From: a virus
Reading direction: 5' to 3' (one strand)
IMG/VR virus record: IMGVR_UViG_3300032163_000010
Coordinates: 8,005 to 72,004 of that record
Length of the DNA: 64,000 nucleotides
Shown piece by piece: positions 41,311 to 48,763 of the stretch. Position 1 is the first letter of the stretch. Every line of letters begins with the position of its first letter. The translations under genes were made by a program, and so were the position numbers. Below the pieces are notes generated by a model. It did not search any database, had not been told where the DNA came from, and worked only from the letters and a program-made list of their open reading frames with translations.

Positions 41311-41967
41311 ATGGTAAAAAGAAACGTTTGTGCACCGGAAGATGTCATCGAACGAAGTGAGGAACATACTCCTCATCACTTTGTTCTGAGTAACAAGGAT
41401 GAGATTATGGATAAGTTCCGAGAAATCTTGTCACTGGCGGGGTTCAATCCTGAGTCAGCCCCGATGAAGAGGACTCCTGAGAGACAATGGGAGGTTCTCC
41501 GAACTTTGACTGAAGGGTATGTTATCGATCCGACTCTCGACCGGATGTATAGAGACTATGCTTTAGGAGACCTTGCTGGCGTAAGGATCTGTCCAGGGAT
41601 CCATTTCGTTTCTTGGTGTGAACACCATCTGATGCCATTCCATGGCACTGTAGACATCGCCTATGTTCCTGGTAACGGCAAAGTCACTGGGTTATCGAAA
41701 CTTCCTCAACTAGTGCAGAAGTACGCCCGGAGACCTCAATTACAAGAGAAAATGGTTAGCCAGATCGCTGATGAATTAATGACTCGCTGTGAGGCCATCG
41801 GAGTAATGGTCATCGCTTCTGGCTACCACACTTGTGAGATGATCGAGGGAATTCACGAGGGGTTCCATCGAGATAAGCCTTATATCACTCCAGAGATTAG
41901 GGGATTGTTTGTAGCAAATGTGGCACTCAAGGATGAAGTTCTCTCGCACTTGGCGAGGTTGACATAA
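41311..41967 (+). CDS. folE: GTP cyclohydrolase I
   Basis: TPER, CEHHLMPF, GLSKL, RPQLQE, HTC. Confidence 0.93.
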   Translation: MVKRNVCAPEDVIERSEEHTPHHFVLSNKDEIMDKFREILSLAGFNPESAPMKRTPERQWEVLRTLTEGYVIDPTLDRMYRDYALGDLAGVRICPGIHFVSWCEHHLMPFHGTVDIAYVPGNGKVTGLSKLPQLVQKYARRPQLQEKMVSQIADELMTRCEAIGVMVIASGYHTCEMIEGIHEGFHRDKPYITPEIRGLFVANVALKDEVLSHLARLT

Positions 41968-41968
41968 G

Positions 41969-42352
41969 ATGGATGAACCTAGTCCTAGGGTCACCCTCTG
42001 GTCAGTAGACTTCATCACGGTTACACTAGAGGAACTAGCGGAGATTAAGATGGAACGTGGATCGCAAAAGTTCAATAATCCTGATAATTATGTGACAGGA
42101 GATATGATCGGTAGGTATTTGAAACACATAGGCGAATTCCTAGTAGCACTTGAAGATATGGACTATACCCGCATGATGGAATATATCGCCGACGTGCAGA
42201 ACGTCGGAACATTGTTGTTCCCGAAAGTCCAGGAAGACTATATTAAACAGATGTATGAGGAAACGCAAGCTGTCGGTAGTCTGGATACCTCTGATGAGAC
42301 CGCTCGGAAATCGAAACAATCCGTAGAGGAGCGAACGAGCGGACCGGAATAG
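41969..42352 (+). CDS. MazG-like dNTP pyrophosphohydrolase (dATP/dGTP diphosphohydrolase-like)
   Basis: G.QKF..NY...LKH..E...EYIADVQN all-alpha pattern; directly after folE. Confidence 0.55.
   Translation: MDEPSPRVTLWSVDFITVTLEELAEIKMERGSQKFNNPDNYVTGDMIGRYLKHIGEFLVALEDMDYTRMMEYIADVQNVGTLLFPKVQEDYIKQMYEETQAVGSLDTSDETARKSKQSVEERTSGPE
42271..42342 (+). ncRNA. Putative type III hammerhead ribozyme with one-nt core insertion and pseudoknot
   Basis: TGTC / GGTA..TACC / T CTGATGA / GA..TC / GAA ACA; loop CCGCTCG pairs with CGAGCGG. Confidence 0.6.
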
Positions 42353-42397
42353 GTCGGAACAAAGACTTTATTTATTTCAAGGGGGAATAAATATAGA

Positions 42398-43045
42398 ATG
42401 ATTTACGTCGATAGCCGTGAGCCTGCCGAAGTGATGCAGAGAGTCTGGGATAGGAAGATATCTCATATAGTGAAGAAACTCGAGGTGGCGGATTTTCAAA
42501 ATGAAAAAGAAACGGCGTTTATCGAAAGGAAGAAACCAGAAGACATCTGGGGAAGAGTCCTCAATAAGAACAACGGATGGGATGATCAAATGGGGAGGCT
42601 CTCTGAATATGCTTATGCACATAATGCCATGCCTTGGCTCATCGTTGAAGGGAGCTTTGATGCCGCTATACGCCGCACCAACGGGAAGATCCATGTCGAT
42701 GAGACTCGAGGAGCGATTGTCAGCGCTGCTGTTAGGTATGGAATCGCGGTCTGGAATGCCGACTCGTTGGATGACCTCCTCACCGTGGTCTGTGCTATCT
42801 GCGACAAAGCAGATAGAGAACTAGGAGTTCCAAGGAGATTACCATTCTCTCACTTAGCTATGGATAAACGCGCAGCAATCTTGATGAACGTGTGTCATGT
42901 AAGTTCGAGACAAGCCGAGTCGTTGTTGAATTACTTTGGATCAGTTAGAAATGTGTTGTTAGCTTCAGAAGATCAACTAGCGATTGTGAATAATGTTGGG
43001 AGGATAACTGCGAGAAAGATATGCCAGTATAAGGACTCGGTGTGA
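42398..43045 (+). CDS. ERCC4/XPF-family nuclease with HhH domain
   Basis: VDSRE, AD, IERK...D, LIVEG, FGSV.NV..AS..L..V..VG. Confidence 0.9.
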   Translation: MIYVDSREPAEVMQRVWDRKISHIVKKLEVADFQNEKETAFIERKKPEDIWGRVLNKNNGWDDQMGRLSEYAYAHNAMPWLIVEGSFDAAIRRTNGKIHVDETRGAIVSAAVRYGIAVWNADSLDDLLTVVCAICDKADRELGVPRRLPFSHLAMDKRAAILMNVCHVSSRQAESLLNYFGSVRNVLLASEDQLAIVNNVGRITARKICQYKDSV

Positions 43046-45105
43046 GGCTAGTGCATATATATGATCGGATGACAGAGGAATTCGTTCATAGGAAGTGTGC
43101 ACATGCTGATATCTATCCCGCGCATTATGCTTGTTCACTGGGAGGACATATATTTAACTTGGTGAACCAGAAGACAGAGGTTCTTATGGCTAATGCTATC
43201 CCAGTTGATACAAGGTTGCACACAATGTTCGTTGCTCCACCAGGATGTTGCTTAGACCAATGGTCGATAGTCACTATGGCCGATCAGTCGAAGACGTTCC
43301 TCAGAGATGTAGTTATAGGAGATAAATTGGCATCACAGAATGGGCAAGAGAACATAGTAACAAACGTAATGAAATCTCTGAAGATCAATATGCTGAGAAT
43401 ACAGCCACATAACATGTGTGTATCTGCAGAGCACGAGATCAAAACAAAAGATGATTGGGCATTTGCCGGAGACCTTCAAGAAGGAGATTTGATAGAGACT
43501 AGGTATTCCAAGGAGGGATTGCAATTCCTTGGATGGTGGATTGCCGAAGGGAGATTCGAAGGCAAATGGTGGACGCCGGTCATCGCAAACAAAGATGAAT
43601 CTGTGATTGAAGAATTAGAAACTGTTGCGAACAAATATGGATGTTCATGGAACGACGCAGGACCTATGGAGTATAGATTCACTCATGGTAAGAATTCTTC
43701 TGAGAGAAACAAACTAGCTGAATGGTTGAGATACTTTGGGTATGAGAAAGGTAGAGATACTAATTCAGGGAACAAACATGTACCTGAGGAATTGATGAAA
43801 TATTTAGAGTTAGATGGGTTAGTTTGGATTCTTAGCCAGATGTGGAGAGGAGATGGTACTGATAGAACACAGATGAGGTATGCATCGAAATCTAGAATGT
43901 TACTTGAACAAGTATGTGACATTCTAGATTTAGTTCATGTAGAGTATAGCGTATATGACTACGGCAAAGACACAGCTGAAGTATACGTACATGAAGAGTT
44001 TAGAGAAAGATTATATGATGCATTTGAGAGAGCAAGTCACTTCACCCAATTTAAAGGACTAATGAAAATAGACACTGTCCGTGAAGTATTATATCGCAGA
44101 TACGCTATTGACCTAGAAACCACACAAAGCCATTTTGTTGCGAATGATGTTGTGGTGCATAATAGCAAGACCTTCTGGCAAGAGCAGTTCCTTCGAGGCA
44201 AGTGGTGTATATTGGAAGGCACGATGACACAACATGGGTTCGAAGGATCGACGACAGAAGCAGGGTTTGTAGGATCGGCGACGATGTCTGAAAATGGAGA
44301 TCCCGTCGTGACTCCGGGGTTAGCTAAAGTCTACGAAGAGGGGATCGTGGGATTTGAGGAATTCTCGGCGTTGACGGCGATGATGAAATCTAGCCATTCT
44401 CAGCAATTAGATGCAGCGTTGTTGTTGGCCCTTGATAGGGGTTACGTCGTTAAGAGACTCAGGGCGGGAAAGATCGGTTATAAGACTAATGTGACCGTAT
44501 GGGCGGGAACCCAACCTTCAAGGTTCGATCTAACTTCGGGATTAGGACGAAGATTCTACTATCTTTTGCTGATCCCCACTGAAGAGGACAGGAGAGTGCT
44601 AAGAGAGAAGATAAGAGCTGGTTGGGGGGTCAGGATGGACGTGGAGAGGACTAATAAGATCAGAGCTAGTATAGATGAATTGAAGGATCGCCTATTTAAG
44701 GTAAAGACAGTTAAAAAGGATCCGTCGGTGAACTTGTTATTAGATGAACTGAATATGCCACCGTATGAAGAACAATTGTATGTCAGATTGATATTGGGAT
44801 ATAAGGTGATCACTGAGGACTTCGGAGAGACGTTGACGTTAGACATCGATCCAACAGTGGAGATGCTGTGCAGACAGGAGTCGATATGGAGGAAGGCAAT
44901 CAGGAGGGGTCCAGAGATAGCCGAGGTTGTCTCTTTGCTACGGGCAAATGGCAATAGTATGTCCATGATCGAGTTGAGAGATGCAATGATGGAATTCGGA
45001 ATGGATTGGAAACGATCGAGTGAGTTAATCACCGAGTTGTCGAAGATGAAGATCCTCGCAATGGGGGAAACGAATGTCTCATTAAGAGGGAAGTGGGATG
45101 GGTAA
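43042..45105 (+). CDS. MCM-like AAA+ helicase with intein
   Basis: Spliced Walker A APPGC|SKT, STTEAGFVGS, PG, FEEF, GRRF arginine finger, C-terminal wHTH. Confidence 0.75.
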   Translation: MRLVHIYDRMTEEFVHRKCAHADIYPAHYACSLGGHIFNLVNQKTEVLMANAIPVDTRLHTMFVAPPGCCLDQWSIVTMADQSKTFLRDVVIGDKLASQNGQENIVTNVMKSLKINMLRIQPHNMCVSAEHEIKTKDDWAFAGDLQEGDLIETRYSKEGLQFLGWWIAEGRFEGKWWTPVIANKDESVIEELETVANKYGCSWNDAGPMEYRFTHGKNSSERNKLAEWLRYFGYEKGRDTNSGNKHVPEELMKYLELDGLVWILSQMWRGDGTDRTQMRYASKSRMLLEQVCDILDLVHVEYSVYDYGKDTAEVYVHEEFRERLYDAFERASHFTQFKGLMKIDTVREVLYRRYAIDLETTQSHFVANDVVVHNSKTFWQEQFLRGKWCILEGTMTQHGFEGSTTEAGFVGSATMSENGDPVVTPGLAKVYEEGIVGFEEFSALTAMMKSSHSQQLDAALLLALDRGYVVKRLRAGKIGYKTNVTVWAGTQPSRFDLTSGLGRRFYYLLLIPTEEDRRVLREKIRAGWGVRMDVERTNKIRASIDELKDRLFKVKTVKKDPSVNLLLDELNMPPYEEQLYVRLILGYKVITEDFGETLTLDIDPTVEMLCRQESIWRKAIRRGPEIAEVVSLLRANGNSMSMIELRDAMMEFGMDWKRSSELITELSKMKILAMGETNVSLRGKWDG
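43249..44163 (+). mobile_element. Intein (305 aa) with LAGLIDADG-like endonuclease in the helicase P-loop
   Basis: Starts CLDQ, block B SAEH, FLGWWIAEG, MWRGDG, ends VVHN|S. Confidence 0.92.
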
Positions 45106-45565
45106 AAAGGGTACAATGTTAAGTCTGGACGAAGACCTCGTCGAGCAGGCGAAGAGCCTAAACATCAACATGTCGAATGTGATGAACACGACATTGCAGT
45201 ACTTGATCGAGGGGTCTTCCCTACAACCGGTCAGGACGGATTTGTTGCTGACCACGCAGGACATAAAGAGGGTCAGAGATGCTATAGATGAGAGGGTGTT
45301 AGAACTCGAGGGGCTGAAATATAGACTCGAGCAATTGTTGTTGTTAGAAACGGAACTATCCATACGGCTCGCTGCCGCTGATAGAGATACTGCGTTGGCT
45401 AAGGGATTCGAGCAACTACGGTCGATGATAGTAACTCGAGTCTCCAACGACGAGATTCTCAAATCGGCGACAGTGGGGGATATGAATAAGCTATTGAATA
45501 TGGTTATAGATAACGAGTGGCTCGATAGCTATAGAGGAAGTGTAATGAAGAATGAACAAGTATAG
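45098..45565 (+). CDS. RHH (CcdA/VapB-like) protein with coiled coil
   Basis: TMLSLDEDLVEQAKSLNINMS. Confidence 0.65.
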   Translation: MGKKGTMLSLDEDLVEQAKSLNINMSNVMNTTLQYLIEGSSLQPVRTDLLLTTQDIKRVRDAIDERVLELEGLKYRLEQLLLLETELSIRLAAADRDTALAKGFEQLRSMIVTRVSNDEILKSATVGDMNKLLNMVIDNEWLDSYRGSVMKNEQV

Positions 45566-46313
45566 TTTGGGAAAGAAACCGGCGAGGATCGATTCCAGAA
45601 CGATTCGATTGAAGGCCGTACTTAAGGTTCTGCCACCGATACCGGAGGCATACCTAATAGATTCAAACCTGAGTCAACAGGTCCCGTTGCCGATGTTCGC
45701 GAATGACAAGTACGGAGATTGTGTGATTGCAGGTCGCGCTCACCAAACACTTCGGTTTGAATGTACCGAACAATCGCGGTGCATACCGATCACGGACGAA
45801 GAAGTCCTCAATGCGTACTGGGATGAAGGATGTTTCTTAAGGAAATGGTTTCCATGGATCAAACCTGATCGGGGGCTTGTGCTCCTAGATTCGTTGAAGT
45901 CATGGAGAAGTAATGGCTGGACAGCAGGAGGTAAAGGTTATACTATATATGCGTTCGCGGCACTTGATCCAGGAGATCATCAGGATCTCAAAGCTACGGT
46001 GTATCTTCTCGGCGGGGGCAATGTAGGGATCCAGGTTCCTTCGAGCGTCTGGGATCAGTTTGACCACAACCTACCGTGGGATGTAGTTCCAGGTTCATCA
46101 ATTGAAGGTGGACACTGCATCTTTGTCAACGGATATACCCCCACAGGACCGTTGTGCGTTACCTGGGCGAAACAAGTGCTAATGACATGGGCCTTCTGGG
46201 ACAAGTACTGCGATGAGTCATATGCGATTGTTGACAACAGGAACATCTGGCAGGAGAACTCCCCAATAGACGTCGATAAATTGGATGCTATTCTCGACGA
46301 GATAACGAAGTAA
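45552..46313 (+). CDS. Papain-like cysteine peptidase
   Basis: ND.YGDC, GGHC...GY, VTW motifs. Confidence 0.7.
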   Translation: MNKYSLGKKPARIDSRTIRLKAVLKVLPPIPEAYLIDSNLSQQVPLPMFANDKYGDCVIAGRAHQTLRFECTEQSRCIPITDEEVLNAYWDEGCFLRKWFPWIKPDRGLVLLDSLKSWRSNGWTAGGKGYTIYAFAALDPGDHQDLKATVYLLGGGNVGIQVPSSVWDQFDHNLPWDVVPGSSIEGGHCIFVNGYTPTGPLCVTWAKQVLMTWAFWDKYCDESYAIVDNRNIWQENSPIDVDKLDAILDEITK

Positions 46314-46330
46314 GAGGAGGTGAATCAAGG

Positions 46331-46495
46331 GTGACGTTGGCAAAAGGTGACCATGTGGTCATCAAAAGAAACGGAAAGATACTCACGGAAGCCGATGAGG
46401 CTTACCATGAGTTCGAGGTCTTAGAGAATCCGAACTTTTTGGGGAGGTACGAAGGCGCAGCCCGTTACGAAGTGGTGCTGCAAGTAGTCAAATAA
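46331..46495 (+). CDS. 54-aa hypothetical protein
   Basis: GGAGGTGA RBS, GTG start. Confidence 0.5.
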   Translation: MTLAKGDHVVIKRNGKILTEADEAYHEFEVLENPNFLGRYEGAARYEVVLQVVK

Positions 46496-46512
46496 AGGAG
46501 GTGAAACGAACG

Positions 46513-46719
46513 ATGGGAGAACAACCAATAGATATGATAACGTTGGCTAAGTACGCAGTTGGAGCGTTGCTGATCATGGCTGGAGTTGGATTGGTCTATA
46601 TAGGAAAGACTACCGAAGGGCTAGCGGTGATCGCAATTGGGCTCGGATTGCTCGGCTACTCGATTGGCGAGAGACAAGGGCTCAAGAAGGGGTTAGCCCT
46701 TTCTAAGGCCTCTGCTTAG
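46513..46719 (+). CDS. Two-TM holin-like membrane protein
   Basis: Two hydrophobic helices, basic tail, downstream of the peptidase. Confidence 0.5.
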   Translation: MGEQPIDMITLAKYAVGALLIMAGVGLVYIGKTTEGLAVIAIGLGLLGYSIGERQGLKKGLALSKASA

Positions 46720-46739
46720 TCGATACAAGGTGGAAGCCA

Positions 46740-47222
46740 ATGAAGCCCATGTGGGTGGCATTCATGGCTATTCTTATTTTCTTTGGTGGATTGCAAGTCT
46801 ACACGTACAGTTATTATGAGGGCAAGTTGACTGAATTGAACACGAGTCAGAATAGAGTTACTTCCTCGGGTATAATCCTCGAGGGCAACGCTTGGTTTGG
46901 TCTATCAGGTGATCCGGACGGGTTAGTCGACCTTCAACCCCTCAACTTCGGACCTGTTGGAATAATCACAAGCAGCAGCGTAAGCTTCTACATAGTGAAC
47001 TCTGGGAAGCCAATGAAGGCGATGATTTATTGGGAGAACCCTTCATGGACGCCGGTCTCGCAGAACGATCTTTTGTTGGTGTGGGATTTAGGTGATACAG
47101 TGATCAAAACAGGGGAAATCAAACAGGTAACAGTGACATTGGGTCTTAATGTTGCCTTACCTACAACCATAGCTCAGTTTGTATTTGAGATGCATATTCA
47201 GGGAGTTGTCATAGGTGGATAA
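46740..47222 (+). CDS. Membrane-anchored beta-sandwich protein, paralog A
   Basis: N-terminal TM; FG.V...FYIVNSG...W.P...LVWD...F.FE..I.G. Confidence 0.6.
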   Translation: MKPMWVAFMAILIFFGGLQVYTYSYYEGKLTELNTSQNRVTSSGIILEGNAWFGLSGDPDGLVDLQPLNFGPVGIITSSSVSFYIVNSGKPMKAMIYWENPSWTPVSQNDLLLVWDLGDTVIKTGEIKQVTVTLGLNVALPTTIAQFVFEMHIQGVVIGG

Positions 47223-47397
47223 AGGCTGTCCCAAGTGTGGATCGAAGAAATTAATCAGTGAGGAAGTTATATTAGTAGTACATGGAAGAGATGGCAGGGT
47301 GCATCCAGGGAGGAAGGTAACACTTTATAAATGCGGCTCTTGTGGATGGCAAGGGGGATGGAACCAACTAACGAAGATACTTAAGAACCCCCTGTAG
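47215..47397 (+). CDS. Zn-ribbon microprotein
   Basis: CPKCGS...YKCGSCGW. Confidence 0.6.
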   Translation: MDKGCPKCGSKKLISEEVILVVHGRDGRVHPGRKVTLYKCGSCGWQGGWNQLTKILKNPL

Positions 47398-47956
47398 CGG
47401 TCAGCACGATGTCATACGAGAAGTCCGTGATGATAGTAATAGTGGGCAACACATACACTCGGTACATGCATTGTCGAACGGCGTTTGGTTGTAGGGGAGA
47501 GTTATCGTACACCCATTGTATCTGAAAGTACGCGCTTGGGTTCGGCTGTGCACTTGGCTGCCATACCCAATTTATAATCGTCGCGTTGATACTAGTGATC
47601 GGTGTACTACTTTGGTTGATGACCCAGAATGTCTTCGTGAACGTCTGACCAGGGGTCAAACTACCCATAGGGATACTCACTATCACCGGTGTCCCGGAAA
47701 GTGAACTCGATACAACGAATGTCGGTTCACCTGCTGTAACAAGACCCGTACTCATGATAACCTTATCTACAGTCAACCCCATACGCCTCGGTTGGGCAGA
47801 CAGATAGATCAATCCTCCTCCTGTTGCAAGAAACAGTGCTCCGAAGAGCATTTGCTGACGGTTCTTGGTTGTCCACGCTGCTGCGAGGACCCAGAGCCCA
47901 CAAATGATACAACCCACTCCCAATATCAACGTTGGAAGTTCAGTGATTCCTACCAT
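47381..47956 (-). CDS. Membrane-anchored beta-sandwich protein, paralog B
   Basis: Two TM then MG.LTPG...FWVIN...W.P...IQW.Y...DFSYDI.LTA; GAGGAGG RBS before ATG 47956. Confidence 0.65.
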   Translation of the reverse strand: MVGITELPTLILGVGCIICGLWVLAAAWTTKNRQQMLFGALFLATGGGLIYLSAQPRRMGLTVDKVIMSTGLVTAGEPTFVVSSSLSGTPVIVSIPMGSLTPGQTFTKTFWVINQSSTPITSINATIINWVWQPSAQPNPSAYFQIQWVYDNSPLQPNAVRQCMYRVYVLPTITIITDFSYDIVLTATGGS

Positions 47957-47969
47957 TTTCAATTCCTCC

Positions 47970-48380
47970 TCACCTGGTTGCCTCCAGCACCTGTGTTCGT
48001 GTAAAGGCCACCCCACTACTAGCGGTTCCACCTGATGTCGCTTTCGCATTCCAAGACCCTGGTAACGTTCCATCTGCCGTCCAACTATTGCACGTAAATT
48101 GGCCTTGGGCATTCGTCGTTACAGCCAACAGATCTACTGACAAGCTCGTTGGGGTTGTCAGGGTAACAACAACTGACACCCCCACCTGTGGAGTTGTCCC
48201 GCGTTTCACAGTGCCTGTGAACTGTGGAACCTCTCCCGGGTTATACGAGGTCTTGTCTGTAACTAACGTGACCGCCAAAGGGGGATTGACTATCTCCCAG
48301 ACACAAAATGCTACTATACACACAACACAGATGAGGAGGACCACACATATGATATCCTCTGTTTTCATATCATACATCAC
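47970..48380 (-). CDS. Membrane-anchored Ig-like protein
   Basis: TM helix then TDKTSYNPGE...TTNAQGQF. Confidence 0.65.
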   Translation of the reverse strand: MMYDMKTEDIICVVLLICVVCIVAFCVWEIVNPPLAVTLVTDKTSYNPGEVPQFTGTVKRGTTPQVGVSVVVTLTTPTSLSVDLLAVTTNAQGQFTCNSWTADGTLPGSWNAKATSGGTASSGVAFTRTQVLEATR

Positions 48381-48382
48381 CT

Positions 48383-48763
48383 CTAATCCTCTACCGATAT
48401 AGGCGGAAGGTTCTTAGGCTTCCGTTCCTTTTCTTTTTCTAAAAGACCAATCGCACTTAAAGAGCCGTGCAGGTACTTCGATACTCTAAGACCGTCTTTT
48501 GTGATTGACCATATCGTAGTGCTCCAGGTTCTTCGGTCTAAGCCACTTTTCGCTATTTTCTGTCGGTACTGGTTGTCTGCAGATACTGGTTTAGTCTTCT
48601 CTTTAGCGAGGCCTCGTTCCTTTAGGTTTTCGAGAATAACGCGAACTGGGTACCACGAAATATTGGTTTCCCGCATCAGCCCAGTCACGGACATATCTTT
48701 CCGCGTTAGTGCCAATAAGACATCGAGATGCATCTCAGCCTGTCCGCGTTTCAACCTCATCAC
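48383..48763 (-). CDS. Archaeal wHTH regulator (HTH_45-like), related to 12025
   Basis: RGQAEMHLDVL..VTGLMRETNISW..LENLKERGL..WSITKDG. Confidence 0.7.
   Translation of the reverse strand: MMRLKRGQAEMHLDVLLALTRKDMSVTGLMRETNISWYPVRVILENLKERGLAKEKTKPVSADNQYRQKIAKSGLDRRTWSTTIWSITKDGLRVSKYLHGSLSAIGLLEKEKERKPKNLPPISVED

Noticed and set aside
45098-45565. Toxin-antitoxin pair
   Set aside because: Antitoxin-like RHH present but no adjacent PIN, RelE or CcdB-like toxin
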